Source of the DNA: Anthoceros angustus
Lineage: Eukaryota; Plantae; Anthocerotophyta
Reading direction: 5' to 3'
NCBI GenBank assembly: GCA_010909165.1
Contig: VJWM01000172.1
Coordinates: 186,001 to 250,000, forward strand
Length of the DNA: 64,000 bases
This document shows, in pieces, positions 10,784 to 23,924 of this stretch (position 1 is its first letter; each line of letters starts with the position of its first letter). The position numbers and the translations under genes were made by a program. The notes below the pieces were generated by a model that saw only the letters and a program-made list of their open reading frames with translations, did no database searches and was not told the DNA's origin.

Positions 10784-13700
10784 ATGGGGGTGAAGATGGA
10801 TCTCTACCGATCCGAGGACATGGAGCTTGTGCAGCTCATAATCCCTGCCGAGTCAGCACATGATACCGTGACCTACGTGGGGGAGCTCGGCCTGATCCAG
10901 TTCAAAGATGTATGACTCGAAGCGCTTGCCTTTTCGTTCCCCCCCCGCCTGAAGACATTTTTTTTGCAGCGAACTAGTGGATGGGAGGGCGGATTGTGTT
11001 CGTGGTGAAATTAATGTTGGTCTTGTTGTATGGATTGGCAGCTCAACTCCGACAAGAGTCCATTTCAGCGAACCTTTGCCGTCCAGGTAGTGTATCGGAG
11101 CACGGTGTCTCATGTGAGTGTGTCTGGGTTTTGTTTTGCAAGATGGGGTTTTGAGCATCAGTGCTGGTGATATTCAGGTGAAGCGCTGTGGAGAGATGGA
11201 GAGGAAGCTGAGGTTCTTCAAGGATCAGCTCATTAAAGCTGGCCTACATCCTGCTGCAAGACCCGTGTCGGAAACCGACGTCAATCTTGATGAGCTTGAG
11301 GTGCGTGCGGCCTATTTGGTCGCAGATTATTTGGCAAAGCTTTATCTTGGAGTACTGCATTGTGACCCGCCTGTGCTCACAGGTGAAGCTTGCGGACCTG
11401 GAGTCAGAGCTGCTGGAGATCAACTCCAACAGTGAAAAGTTGACACGCAGTCATAGCGAACTTAACGAGCTTAGGCTGGTATTGCAACAGGTGGGTCAAC
11501 TCTCTGAGCAATGTATACTTGACTTGAGTTGGTTCTGAGGGTGATGGTTGTCCAAGAACCTAGTAGATGTGCCAGGGATCTATTGCCCTGGAGCTTTTCT
11601 ACACTGAGAGTAGCCTTGTGTGCTTTGACAGGCAGGAGCTTTCTTCACGTCAGCCCGGTCCACTGCAACTGCAGCACAAAGGGAACTTGACAGTGCATCT
11701 CCAGCTTCTGGGGATGAAATAGACAGCCCTCTTCTTGAGCAGGTGTGTTCTCAAGTATCTAACTCAGCAGCTTGAGGTGGTTGTATACTTCGAGTTTCCA
11801 GCGATGAGTAATCTCACAATGTCTCTCGTTGGTTTTTTGTGACTGTCTCAGGAAATGCAAACTGAGCCTTCTAAACCAGTTCGCTTGGGGTTCATTGCTG
11901 GCGTAGTGCCCACAGAGAAATCCCTGCTATTTGAGCGAATCCTGTTCCGAGCTACGCGCGGAAATATGTTCCTCAAACTGGCTCCTATCCAAGATTCTAT
12001 TGTTGATCCAGTCACTGGTGAAAAGGTAGATGCTGGTGTCTTTTTGGAAGTCAGAGAATGTATATGTGGGTGGTGCAACGTTGGAGATGCTCTTCGCGCT
12101 TGAAAGTTCTAACATTTTCCACCTGGCAATGGTGCACTAGATCGCGAAATCAGTATTTGTGGTGTTCTTTGCTGGGGAGAGAGCGCGCACCAAGATATCC
12201 AAAATTGCTGACGTTTTTGCTGCCAACTGTTACCCTTTCCCTGATGACGTCCCTAGTCAAAGGAAGCTGCTGCAAGATGTAATGCAGTTGAAGTGAAATA
12301 TCTGGAAGCAGCAACGTTCTGAGTTGCAGTAGAGTGTGGCTTCTGAACTAGGTGCTGGCTTCTCCCAGGTTGCAGCAAGGCTAGAGGATCTTCAGACAAC
12401 CATAGATGCAAGCATTTATCATCGGGACAGTGTGCTGACAACAATTGGGTATCAGCTGGAGCAGTGGATCTCGCTGGTATGTACACGAGGGCTTGCTTTG
12501 GGTAGTTGATTTGTTGTGCTGGTAAGGGCTGCAGAAACTTCAGCTTGCCATGCCCCTCAGCTGGTGTCAGGATTTGTGTGTTGCAGGTACACCAGGAAAA
12601 GGCTGTGTTTCATGTTCTCAATTTGTTAAGTATGGATGTGACGAAGAAATGCCTCGTGGGTGAGGGCTGGTGTCCTGTGGCTTCGAAGGCCAAGGTACAG
12701 TTGCCCACAAAGAGCACTTGGGATTGCATGTCCAATGACTGCCTGCTCATGATTGTTATTTCACTTCAACAGATTCAGGATGCTCTTCAGCGAGCTGCAT
12801 TTGATAGCAATTCTCAAGTTGGAACAATTTTTCAAGTTTTGCATACAAAAGAGGAGCCACCGACTTATTTCATCACAAACAAGTTCACTAACTCATTCCA
12901 AGAGATTGTAGATGCATACGGGTGAGTGGAAGTTTTGGAGGGTGGTGTGTGTCAAATCCTGAGTGGATGTTCTGGAGGGCGGTGTGTGTCGAAGCCTGAC
13001 GTCATGCTTGGGCACCCTTTCACCTGGATTGTGTTTTTGGCGTTGCAGTATTGCTAAATATCACGAAGCAAATCCTGGGGTTTTCACAATCATCAGCTTC
13101 CCATTCCTCTTCGCTGTCATGTTTGGTGACTGGGGCCATGGGATTGTGCTATTTCTGGCATCTCTTTATCTTATTGTAAATGAAAAGAAGTACTTACGAA
13201 CGGTAAGATCCTGGAGTTATGGACTTTTCTCCCTTCTATTGTTTGGTTATGCATCAACATCTGGACTCAAACAGTGTTCTTTGGGTGTCAGAAATTGTCA
13301 GATATGGTGGAGATGACATTTGGAGGAAGATATGTGATACTTCTCATGTCAATCTTTTCAATGTATACAGGACTCATTTATAATGAGTTCTTTTCTGTTC
13401 CATTTGAGATCTTTGGCAAAACTGCGTACTCATGCACAGTATCCGAAGAGTACTGCAGGTATTACTTTTGAAGCAGGTGTCAATTCAGTTTGCTCTTGTA
13501 TGGGAAAGTTGTTGAGCCACAACATGAAATCTGGCCTTTTGATTGAAAGCTGTTAATGTCAGTGCAGCACAGAAGGCTTTCAAAAAGTTGGACGAACTTA
13601 TCCTTTTGGTATTGACCCGATTTGGCATGGTACTCGGTCTGAGCTCCCCTTTTTGAACTCTGTGAAGATGAAAATGTCAATACTGCTGGGGGTTGCACAA

Positions 13701-15087
13701 ATGACACTGGGAATATTCCTGAGCTTGTCCAATGCAAGGTTCTTCAAGAACTCTTTGAACATATGGTATGTGTGATAAAATACATGTGTTGAAGGTTATA
13801 TGAAGGTTGAATGGTCATGGTTTGAAGGTAACTTTTCAAGTCTGCTCACGTTGGCCGAGTTACTTTCTGGCAGGTATGAATTTGTGCCTCAGCTGCTTTT
13901 CCTCGGCTCCTTATTTGGATATCTGTGTGTCCTTATCATCATCAAGTGGGTAACAGGCTCACAGGCCGATCTTTATCATGTGATGATATACATGTTTCTG
14001 TCTCCCTTGGAGGATCCAGGGGAGAATCAACTTTTCTGGGGTCAAAGAGGGGTTCAGGTGATGAAATGGAGCATCTGTAGGACATAGTGTCTAGCCTGGA
14101 GATTTTTGGTGAATGTTGCAGTGTTTTCCTGCTTTTGATTCTGATCTGTGAGTCGTGGTCCTAATTTCCAGGTGGTGTTATTGCTGGTTGCACTCGTTGC
14201 TGTTCCCTGGATGCTTTTGCCTAAACCTTTGATCCTAAGAAGCCGGCATATGAAAGTGAGATTTTAGATGTAGCATTTGTCTATCCTCTTTTTCCTTGTT
14301 GCAGTTTTTTCCCCCCCCCTTGAGTTCTTTCAGTCTTTTAAACAGGATTCTTTGTTTGCTGGGTATTATGGACGATAGAAAGTGCAGAACCGGAGGTATG
14401 AAGCCCTCAGGGAGTCAGACACGGATGATATCCACGACGACGATCAGAACGAGCATGATGAGTTTGAATTTAGTGAAATCTTTGTCCACCAGATGATTCA
14501 CACCATCGAGTTTGTTCTGGGAGCAGTTTCGAATACAGCTTCATATCTCCGGCTTTGGGCGTTGAGGTATCGTGCTTTGATGTTCCTCCTTTCCCCTTGT
14601 TACATCACTTAGCATGGCTACCTACCTGGTCTGTTGCTGTTTGTTATTGCATTATCTGATATGGGTTTACCCTCTTGCGGAGCTGTTGTATCCGTTGACA
14701 TGGTCAGCTGATTTTCTGTTTGTCTTCATGTTGCAGTCTTGCTCATTCACAGCTGTCATCTGTCTTCTACGAAAAAGTTCTACTGACTGCACTCTCGTAA
14801 GGCTGAGCAAGGACCTGCAAGAGAACCTTCGTGTAAGAGACTCTGGTCATGTGCCACGGTTCTAACATCTTGATTTCCACAGGTACTCAAACCCTGTATT
14901 CTGGGCCATCGGTTTCCTGGTGTTTGCGCTAGCTACAGTGGGGGTGTTACTAGTTATGGAGACGCTCAGTGCATTTCTGCACGCATTGAGGCTTCACTGG
15001 GTGGAATTCCAAAACAAGTTCTTCGCGGGCGATGGCTACAAGTTCCAACCATTCTCCTTCAAAACTGTGGCAGAAGATGAAATATAG
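10784..15087 (+). CDS. VHA-a: V-type H+-ATPase V0 subunit a (multi-exon)
   Basis: Exon 1 [42 protein letters not shown]. Internal exons [27 protein letters not shown] and [26 protein letters not shown]. Ends [35 protein letters not shown] introns. Confidence 0.97.
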
Positions 15088-15351
15088 CACCTCTTGCGTC
15101 GGTCTTGGTTTTATCCTGTCGGCCACTAGACGTAGCAGTCGACGCAGACAGAGGTCGATGGTTTCACGTTTGACGGGTGTGTGACGGGCAAGGATTCTTG
15201 TGGGTGCTTGTATATCCTCAGTGGCATTTGTACCTATTTGGAAGCAGCAAGCACAGAATGGGTTTTATGACAATCGCCACGGAAACCTAATCGGCTGCGC
15301 TTTGTTCACCATTGTGATCTAATTGGCTGCCGAGAATTTCGTGGTGGCATT

Positions 15352-18300
15352 TCAAGCACCTCCGAATTTTTTTGTGTGTTCAATCTTGAAAGCCTTCACT
15401 TCTCGGGTGTACATCCTGGGAGCTATGGCCATGGACATGAGCTCCTGAAACAGGAGCTTGCAAGCATATGGAACGTGGACTTGCACTATATCCGTCTTGT
15501 TCTTACATCCTCGGCACTCGTAGGTGTTCTTCTTCAAGTTGGCGATGGCGATGAGCCCGCAGTGCTGGCAGACATGTACTCTGTAAGCGTCGCTCTGATC
15601 GAAGAGTCTTTCCTTGAGGAAATGGGCTGCCCCATGTGCTATCATGCAGTCCCTCTCCATCTCCCCGAACCTGAGCCCTCCATCCCTGGACCTTCCTTCA
15701 GCAGGCTGCCGGGTAAGGATCTGCACGGGCCCTCTCCCTCGGGAATGGATCTTGTCGTCCACCATGTGCTTCAGCCTCTGATAGTAGGTGGGTCCTAAGA
15801 AAACCATGGCAGCCAGAGGCCTCCCTGTGTGCCCGTTGTACATCCTCTCGAACCCCCGCATCTGGTACCCGCACTTATTCAGTGCCTTGCTGATGTTGTC
15901 CACAGTGACATCCGTGAAGGGGGTAGCGTCCCCCTCCTTCCCCATGTGCGCTGCCACCTTCCCCATGATGCACTCGATCAGCTGCCCGATGGTCATCCGG
16001 GACGGGATGGCATGTGGGTTCACGATGATGTCCGGGGTGATGCCCTCCTGGGTCCATGGCATGTCCTCCTGCGTGTACGTCATCCCCACAGTCCCCTTCT
16101 GCCCGTGCCTGCTGCTGAACTTGTCTCCGATCTGCGGGATCCTGATGGACCGAACCCTGATCTTCACAAACCTGAGCCCATCAGCGTTGGTGGTGAGCAG
16201 AACCTGGTCGATCATCCCGCTCTCGCTGTGCCGCAGACATGTGCTCTGATCCCTCTTGGAGTATCTCTGATGGGTCTGATCCCCATGCTCCTCCCCATGC
16301 AGAGGAGTGGTCTTGCCTATGATCACATCCTCCCCAGACACCCTGGTCCCGGGAGGAGCCAGCCCATCCAGATCCAGCTTGTCATACGAGCCATGCCTCA
16401 TACCCGTCGTGTTCTCCCTGTTGGGCCTCTCGAACTCCTCCTTCACCAGGCTCCCCTGCTTCTTCTCCTCATCCCTGTACGACCTGTAGAAGATGGAGCG
16501 GAAGAAGCCCCGGTCTATGGCAGACTGGTTCATGATCACCGAGTCCTCCTGGTTGTACCCAGAGTAGCATGCAATGGCCACGATAGCATTGATCCCCGCA
16601 GGCAGCTGCCTGAAATGCAGATGCTCCATGGCCCTGGTGGTCACCAGAGGCTTCTGCGGGTAGTACAGCACGTAGGCCAAAGTATCCATCCGGAGCTGGT
16701 AGTTTGTGACATAGATCCCCATGGCCTGCTTCCCCATGGCAGACTGGTAGGTGTTCCTCGGGCTCTGGTTATGGTCAGGGAAGGGGATGATGGACCCACA
16801 CACTCCCAGAATCATGGACGGATGGATCTCACAATGGGTGTATATATCAGAGTATGCCTCATCCGGATTGTTCCTGGCATTCACAAGATCAGCAATGGTC
16901 ATGGAGATCATGGTCGTCTCCTCCTCCTCCGTATCCACATACTCGAAGAAACCCTTATCCACCAGCACATTCCACCCTCCCGCCGCCGACTCCCTCTGCT
17001 GCAAAGCCCTCATATCCGACTTCTTGATCAACAGCCGCTGCTTCTCCACGATAAACAAGGGCCGGCTACACCGCCCATAATCTGTGTACAGCCTCAGCTC
17101 CTTCAACCTGATGTCCCTCACAACCCCAACCTCCGGATTCACATCCACCTGCCTCCTCAGCGACCTCAAAGTCCTCACCAGCAGCTCGGGGTCCCTATGT
17201 ATCCCCACCCAACACCCATTCACAAACACCTTGGTGGAGTTGGGGATCACGGCAGGGGAGATCTCCTCGAACCCCTCCGTGCTCCACTCGTCCAGAAACT
17301 CCAGAATTGGGTTTGCCACAGATCCCACCGTGATGTAAGCCATGAGAGCCAGATTCTTCACCAACCCACAAGCTTGCCCTTCAGGAGTCTCTGCCGGGCA
17401 CATCATCCCCCAATGCGAATTATGCAGCTGCCGGGGCTTGGCCAGCTTTCCTTCCCTCCCGATGGGAGAATTCAGCCTCCTCAGATGGGAAAGGGTAGAA
17501 GCATAGGTCAGCCTGTTCAACACCTGCGACACTCCAGCCCTCACCCCCGCCGTGTTGGCCTGCCCCCAGTTCCCCGTTGCCAGAGAATACTTCAAGGCAC
17601 TGGTGATGGTCTTTGCCTTCACAGCATAGGCCAAATTCACATCCTTCCCATCATCCACACACTTCTGCAGATAGCTCCTCACATCCTTGGTCAGCTTCCT
17701 GAACAGCATCCTGAACAAACCTCCCAGCAAAGGTCCTGCCAGATCCAGCCTCTTATTCCCATAGTGATCCCTATCATCCTCAGCCCTCCTCCCCAAAGCA
17801 CAGAGCAGCAGCCGGTGGATGATGTATCCGAAGAAATACGCTTTCTTGGTCTCAAAGAACTCGCCTACTCCGACATGGGGAAGCATCTCCTTCTGCAAGA
17901 TCTCTTTCGCATACTTGATCCGCTTCTCCCTCGTCACCCCAACAGTGGATCCCCTCTTCCCGATATAATCCAGCGCCACCTGCTGGTTCTGGATCACAAA
18001 CGCCTCCTCCAGCGACGGCCTCAAAAGCTCCATCATGGCCGTGTCCGTGAAGTCGTAGCAGATGTGCTCCAGAATGTCCTTGTCTGCGACATAGCCCAGA
18101 GCTCGGAACACGACGATGATGGGAATCTCGGTTCTGATGTACGGGAGAGTGGCTCTGATGTACTGCCCCGAGGACCCCCCTTTTGCCCCGGCTCTGGAGA
18201 GCATGCGGACAAACATGCTGCTTGCTGGCCGGTTCTGATTCTCCGCCATAGACCTCACCTCCGCGACGAAAGCGTATTTGTTCGGCTGTCGTTTCTTGAA

Positions 18301-18921
18301 GACGTAGACGTGGTTTGTGCTCATTTTCTCCTGCGCGATCAGAACCTTCTCGCTGCCGTTGATGATGAAGTAGCCGCCCTGGTCGTAGGGACATTCTCCG
18401 AGCTCGGTGAGATCCTTATCCGAGTTACCATGCAGCGTGCAGTTCCGCGACCTCAGCATGATGGGAACCTTGCCAATGTACACCTTGGGGAGCTCCTCCT
18501 GCTCCACTTCCTCCTCCCCGTCGTCGCCCTTCCTCATCACCTTCTTCACCACGTCCATGTAGAGGGGAGCCGAGTAGGTGAGGTTCCGCAGCCTGGCGGC
18601 TTTCGGAAAGAGGGTGGCTGTCTCCCCGTCTGATTCTGTCATCATCGGCCGGCTCAGGTATATCTGCCCGAAGTTGATCTTGTACAGCGTCTCCCCCTGA
18701 TCCGCCTCCCCCGCGCTCCTGCCCGGGTTGTGCTGCGACTCCGAACGGATCTCGATGTCCGCCGACTCGTCCACGATCTCCTGCATCGTGTTCAGGATGA
18801 ACTCGTCGAACGAGTCCAGCTGCTGCCGCACCAGCCCTTTCTCTTCGAAGAAGGCGCTGATCACAGCCCACGCATCCTCCTGCGTGATCTCCTCGTCTTC
18901 TTCCTCCTCGTCCCCGAACAT
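15352..18921 (-). CDS. NRPB2: RNA polymerase II second-largest subunit, copy 1, intronless (1189 aa)
   Basis: One uninterrupted ORF with [51 protein letters not shown] and a C-terminal Zn ribbon. The track start at 18996 is TTG; the first ATG is 18921 (MFGDEEE). Confidence 0.98.
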   Translation of the reverse strand: MFGDEEEEDEEITQEDAWAVISAFFEEKGLVRQQLDSFDEFILNTMQEIVDESADIEIRSESQHNPGRSAGEADQGETLYKINFGQIYLSRPMMTESDGETATLFPKAARLRNLTYSAPLYMDVVKKVMRKGDDGEEEVEQEELPKVYIGKVPIMLRSRNCTLHGNSDKDLTELGECPYDQGGYFIINGSEKVLIAQEKMSTNHVYVFKKRQPNKYAFVAEVRSMAENQNRPASSMFVRMLSRAGAKGGSSGQYIRATLPYIRTEIPIIVVFRALGYVADKDILEHICYDFTDTAMMELLRPSLEEAFVIQNQQVALDYIGKRGSTVGVTREKRIKYAKEILQKEMLPHVGVGEFFETKKAYFFGYIIHRLLLCALGRRAEDDRDHYGNKRLDLAGPLLGGLFRMLFRKLTKDVRSYLQKCVDDGKDVNLAYAVKAKTITSALKYSLATGNWGQANTAGVRAGVSQVLNRLTYASTLSHLRRLNSPIGREGKLAKPRQLHNSHWGMMCPAETPEGQACGLVKNLALMAYITVGSVANPILEFLDEWSTEGFEEISPAVIPNSTKVFVNGCWVGIHRDPELLVRTLRSLRRQVDVNPEVGVVRDIRLKELRLYTDYGRCSRPLFIVEKQRLLIKKSDMRALQQRESAAGGWNVLVDKGFFEYVDTEEEETTMISMTIADLVNARNNPDEAYSDIYTHCEIHPSMILGVCGSIIPFPDHNQSPRNTYQSAMGKQAMGIYVTNYQLRMDTLAYVLYYPQKPLVTTRAMEHLHFRQLPAGINAIVAIACYSGYNQEDSVIMNQSAIDRGFFRSIFYRSYRDEEKKQGSLVKEEFERPNRENTTGMRHGSYDKLDLDGLAPPGTRVSGEDVIIGKTTPLHGEEHGDQTHQRYSKRDQSTCLRHSESGMIDQVLLTTNADGLRFVKIRVRSIRIPQIGDKFSSRHGQKGTVGMTYTQEDMPWTQEGITPDIIVNPHAIPSRMTIGQLIECIMGKVAAHMGKEGDATPFTDVTVDNISKALNKCGYQMRGFERMYNGHTGRPLAAMVFLGPTYYQRLKHMVDDKIHSRGRGPVQILTRQPAEGRSRDGGLRFGEMERDCMIAHGAAHFLKERLFDQSDAYRVHVCQHCGLIAIANLKKNTYECRGCKNKTDIVQVHVPYACKLLFQELMSMAIAPRMYTREVKAFKIEHTKKFGGA

Positions 18922-19068
18922 TTCTGCTGCTGCTGCGTCTTCTTCTTGCGACCCCCAGCTGCTGCAAAGTGCGAGCGAACAAGCTTCAAGCTTCAAGAAC
19001 CGCCTCTTCCCGTCGCTGGGAACGCCGTTGATGTATGTACGTCGTGTTGAGGGTGAGCATGCTGACTC

Positions 19069-19108
19069 GGGTTAGTCGGGAATGTAACCAGGGTTAGTCG
19101 CGGGTTAG
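19069..19108. promoter_or_regulatory. Three GGGTTAG (telomere-like) motifs in the head-to-head RPB2-1/AIM24 intergenic region
   Basis: GGGTTAG at 19069, 19091 and 19102. No TATA box seen upstream of RPB2-1. Function is inferred only. Confidence 0.35.
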
Positions 19109-19581
19109 CAGCCGGCCATTCTAGCGACTGGCACGAGAGGATGCACAGCGGGGTTTTGTCGGAACTGCACCGTTTTGGTGGACGGAGACGTTTTTTCTGC
19201 TCGTTTCGAGACACGGTGAGGTGAGATTGTGCGGCGGAGCCTTTAGTTGTAGAATTGGTGCTATTCTATTCTGGAATCAGGTATTTGTGCTTGATTCTGC
19301 TTCCGTCTGGTGATGTGGGAGCAGTGTGGGGTTTTAAGGCCTCTGTGCGTTGCTTGGAGGATTGGAGGTGATGTGACGGTTGGTGCGGTGGAGGGAGAAT
19401 TGATTTCGTTTTCAGATCCGGGTTGGTGTGGCAGGTGATGCTCAGCTAGACAGTTTAATTGGAGCTGAGGGAGAGGGAAGCGGTCGCGGATGGAGTGCGA
19501 GGGAGCATCTGTAGCTGCCTGATTTGCTGAGGCTGCTCAGGCTAGCCATGCCATGCATGCGTGCTTTGTCTCATTGCAACC

Positions 19582-21929
19582 ATGGCTGCTCCGGCTCTGT
19601 CGACGCCCTTCCAGCCATATGTTTATCAGGTATGACTGCTTTGCGGAAAGCTGCAGGTTTTGATCTCCTCGTCGATGCGGTTTCGTAGTGCGCAATCGGC
19701 ACTCTATCGGTGTGCGGTCCTAGAGTGCTGTTAGGTTGGGTATGAGTCCGCAGCTGCTGGTTTTCTGTTAGCAAGGCCTGCAATTTCCTTGGATGCTTTG
19801 TTCAGCTGTGTGTAGAAGGAGACGAATGGTTTGGTTGCCATCTTATGGAGGTCTGGTTGGTGAATTCTAGTAGATTTGTAATTGCCAGAGTAGCTATGGC
19901 GCCGTGATTCTACTGTAGGAGTTCAGTTCGATTCGTGTGGATGCACCTTCTTGATTCAAAGGGTTCCTATGGTGTTTAGATGCATGACGCATGAATTGGC
20001 TGTTACAGAGTCCGCAGGCATCGATAACGCCGTTTCAAATACTTGGTGGGGAAGCACAAGTCGTACAGGCATGGTTTTTCTACCTCCTTGTACTGCTTCT
20101 TGCCTTTCCGGTCCTTTTCCTTTAGGTGTTTCTGACCTGTTATTGGTGCCTATTGTGGTGCAGATAATGTTGAAACCAGATGAGAAAATCCTAGCAAGGC
20201 CAGGTATGCGTTTTAGCGGTCACACGCTTGTTTGAGGAGAGCAAGACTGGGTCTGACAATTCCGATAATATGCAGGCACTCATGTCTCGGTTTCTTCTCA
20301 CTTCCTTGGTGCCTGTGGTGTGAACTGCATGCAGGAATGATGTGCTACATGTCTGGATCAGTGCAGGTGGAAAATAATCTACCTGTGGACAATAACCTCC
20401 TTGCTGGTTTCTTTCAATGGCTGTTTGCAAAACATCAGCCAACAATCACGTACTACTCAAGTTCCACAGCTCTTGTGATTGTCATGTGCACTGAACTATG
20501 CAACATGTGCACTCGTGGAAACCAAAATGTCAATGTTAATTCTAAAATGGCCAAACTGGTTGTGAACACTGTCTCAGGTTTGTCAACTCCGGAGGTGGAG
20601 ATGGCTACATTGGTTTAGCTGCCCCTGCACCAGCAAGGATTCTTCCAGTGCGGCCCTAGCCCTTAGTCCAAATTCGCCTTTTCGTCTGGAAGCACTGCTT
20701 GGAGACATTGATATCTAGCTGTGGTTCCTTGTTGACAGGTTGACCTGGCCTTGTTTGGTGGGGAGATTATCTGCCAGGTTTTGTTCCAAGCCTCTGGCAA
20801 AATGCACAGTGCCTTACTCTCCAACATGGCTTTGATTAACAATTCTGATTGTCTTGCAGCGGGATTCATATTTATGCTCCATCAATGACGTGAAAGTGTC
20901 CTCTCTCACAACCCGACGGGTGCGGGCTGGGTTTTTGGTGGCAGAGGTGGGTTCAATAGAATTTCGCTGAGTAACAGACTGAATGTGCTCGGCAAAGTAG
21001 CTGAGCATGCAATGATTAGATATTCTCGGCAAAGTTGGCTTGTCGAGCAGCCACTAATCTGTCAGGTCTGGTTGCAGGCTGTTTATATGCACAAGCTAGT
21101 AGGACGCGGGCTTGCCTTCATCACAGCTGGAGGGTCTAGTAGGTTCTTGTCTGCAGTAATACCTGTTTAGTTGGCATTCGCTGGTTCTGAATTGTCAACA
21201 AGATGCTCTCTGAATGTCTTTATGTGGTGTTGGTGGTGCCAATATCTTGCATTCCATGCCCAGACATGTCTTGCTGGATTTGCGCTTAACAGTCTCCATC
21301 CCGTGTGGTGTGTGCAGTTGTTCAAAAAAGTCTTGCCCGGGGGGAAGCGTTGATTGTTGATGCTGGTTGTGTTGTCGCCATGACAAGCAATGTCAGTATG
21401 GAGGTCAAATACGTCGGCAACCTCAAGTGGCCGTTGTTTGCGGTAAATTTTACTGTTCACCTGCAAGTTGCTATGTCTGTCAGTTGAGTTCATCCTAGGT
21501 TCACACGAATTGATTCTTCAAGAGTCCATCTGAACCAACTTGCGTCTGTATTGAGCATCCCACCTACAGCATGCAAGATGTTTTTATTTTGAGTCACCTC
21601 TGGCGGTTGGTTCTAAGGACGGAGTTCATGCATGTGTTGCAGAGTGAGGGACTCTTTCAAGCGCATCTGACCGGACCCGGAGTTGTCTTCATTCAAAGCT
21701 TGCCTTTCAGTCGCTTTGCTCAGCGTATAGCAAGGTACAGTCTATTTGGCTTCATCAGTTGTGGCGTTTCGGTTTGGTGCTTCGTGTTGTTCTGAGTTAA
21801 TGCCTCTCTTCTTTCAGGGCCGTCTCAAACTCTAATATGCGAGAGAACCCACGCGTCCTATTCCAACTCATCTTGTTCTTCTTCTTAGCTTATGTCATGA
21901 TTCTTACTTCGATACTCTTCTCCGAGTGA
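19582..21929 (+). CDS. AIM24: AIM24-domain protein (plant type, C-terminal TM), multi-exon
   Basis: MAAPALSTPFQPYVYQ | ITPFQILGGEAQVVQ | IMLKPDEKILARPG .. GYIGLAAPAPARILP .. LTGPGVVFIQSLPFSRFAQRIAR .. MRENPRVLFQLILFFFLAYVMILTSILFSE*. Includes a GC-AG intron at 20069-20163. Confidence 0.92.
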
Positions 21930-22434
21930 CCAAAGATATTTAGCTTGCTGCTGGCATGCAGAAGTCAAGGACGACTGCTTGCGAAAATGCAACAGGAAGG
22001 AAGTGCACATCCTTGAGTGTGTTTCCGGCTTAACTTTCTCTTAACTTATCGAAGCGGGAATGAGTTGAACTCTCGCAACCTTGAGACTAGAACTCCCGAG
22101 CATGCTGCTGTGACCAGGCTGCTATCCTCCTGATTTGGATCAAGGTCGTCAAGCTCTAGCAGTTCATGCATATTACCACAAATTTGCTCGAGTAGAACAC
22201 GAGCCCTGGATTTTAATCACACTGGCCATTTTTGTCTCTGATTTCAATGGCCGTCAAACCTGTATGCCTTAGCAAGTCGCGCCATGGCAATCAGCATAGG
22301 GAATCGATTTGGAACAATAACAGCCTCCGTTGTGAAAGTGTATGGGAACAGGATCTCCGGGCCTGTAAACCACAGCTCCACAAAGAAGCGTCATAGCGAA
22401 CCTGGTCAAGGACGTGACAACAATCGTTCTTACT
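21521..22434. repeat. Duplicated segment A (AIM24 3' end, intergenic DNA, PqaA last exon); partner at 24955-25800
   Basis: Colinear near-identity by eye, e.g. ATCTGAACCAACTTG.GTCTGTATTGAGCATCCCACCTAC and TTTGCTCGAGTAGAAC..GCGCCATGGCAATCAGCATAGGG in both copies. Confidence 0.92.
22254..22401 (-). pseudogene. Orphan frameshifted copy of the PqaA-like last exon
   Basis: Homologous to 25622-25771 but with 1-nt deletions (CATAGGGA vs CATAGGGGA; AAAGAAGCG vs AAAGAAAGCG). Confidence 0.85.
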
Positions 22435-22802
22435 GACAAGGGCGGCGGACTCCGTTGCCATGGTCACCTCCACTTCCAACTTCCGACCTTCTTCGCTCTC
22501 TAGAAGCTCCACACGTCAAAGGGACAATTCCTTTTGTGGGCACAAGACCCTGCAACAGCTTAGAATTAGCATATAATGCTTCTATTCTTTGAAAAGTTTG
22601 TCCCTTATTTCATGTGGTTCATCAACCAATAGAATATCACTGTCGTAGTGGATGCTAGTTGATCGATCTTTTGACTACTAGTCACAAGGCTGATAAATGC
22701 CTCGTATGTAAGAAGAGGCTGTGGGCATTGCTCTTTGCTGTCACTACAAAATGGCAGCACCAAGGATCGCTTTCTCTCCATCGCTCACATTCCGCAACTC
22801 CA
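22435..22802. repeat. Duplicated segment B (promoter and first codons of the CRAL-TRIO gene); partner at 29902-30276
   Basis: GACAAGGGCGG..TTCCACTTCCAACTTCCGACCTTCTTCGCTCTCT..CTTTCATGTGGTTCATCAACCA..CATCGCTCACATTCCGCA.CTCCA in both copies. Truncated start MAAPRIAFSPSLTFRNS at 22751. Confidence 0.92.
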
Positions 22803-23069
22803 TTGACATGTTATGAAGGATGGATGAATACGGCAAGAAATTCATTAATAATAGTCCATATCTAAATTTATTTCTAACTTGTATCTTAATACGTCGGCTC
22901 TGCAAAACATTGCAGAACCTTGGGCGAAAGTTAAAGGAAACTTGGATATTTTCCATGACCCATATATCTGTTGAAGTTGTGATAAGGCTTGAAATTTATC
23001 GTCGAGTATATGTCCGGAAAGTATACTATAGATATCTATCATGCCTTTAACCTGGTCACCAACAATTAG

Positions 23070-23205
23070 CTCTAATTCCTAGATATCGTACTTAACCTTC
23101 AGTTCTCTTCAAAGAGCTCTAAAACACTCATACTTAACTCTAATTCCTAGATATCATACTTAACCTTCAGTTCTCTTCAAAGAGCTCTAAAACACTCATA
23201 CTTAA
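23070..23205. repeat. 68-bp tandem repeat x2
   Basis: CTCTAATTCCTAGATATC.TACTTAACCTTCAGTTCTCTTCAAAGAGCTCTAAAACACTCATACTTAA at 23070 and 23138. Confidence 0.9.
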
Positions 23206-23924
23206 CCTTCAGCTTCTCTGCGAAGAGCTTGAAATGCTTTTTATGTGGTTGGCGCTTCTTGCCGACATAAGTTGAAATTCGAGATCGTCAAATTTCTTTT
23301 CACAATTTTTGGCCCATATAACCTGATTCTTGGCATGTATGGCTTGGTCCTCCTTTTGCTTTATGGATCGTAAGACTTGTTCATGGGATCGTAAGACTTC
23401 CTCATGCAGCTCTTTGACGGAATCAAATAGCTTTTGTTCCTTCTCAATGTTCTTCTTTGCCCTTAATAGAACCTTACTACGTTCTTTCTGTCCTTAATAG
23501 AACCTTAGTAAGGACAAAACCTTAGTTATCAACAAAGGTTCTTCGCTGTCCTTAAGAGAGTCAACAAAGGGGTGATACCGTAACACCGAAAGCTCTGGGC
23601 ATATTGCTTTGATTCTGGGCATATTGCTTTAATACGAGAGAATGCGATGGAGATTCCCCTAATTGCGGACTTCGGTGGGGAAAGCCCACAAAGGCAAGCC
23701 GCAATGCAAAAAGGAGAGATGCGAAAAGGTTACTGAAAAGGAGATCCCAAAGGTGTAAACCATCAAGGAAAGGGAAGGGTACGGGAAAGCCAGGATCTTC
23801 AACTCAGGGTAAGACCAGAGCTAGAGCAATAAACGCTAGCCAAACGCGATATGTTCTATCCAAAGAGGCTCCCAAGCCTCTTAAGGATCCGGATTCCACC
23901 ACCCACCACCGACGAGTGGAATCA

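Noticed and set aside
15829-18633. 934-aa antisense ORF over RPB2 copy 1 (and 406 aa over copy 2)
   Set aside because: Expected shadow of a GC3-rich coding strand lacking TTA/CTA/TCA codons; no recognisable protein.
18922-18996. N-terminal extensions of the RPB2 ORFs in the track (also 60079-60105)
   Set aside because: They start at TTG or GTG; in eukaryotes the downstream ATGs are the likely starts.
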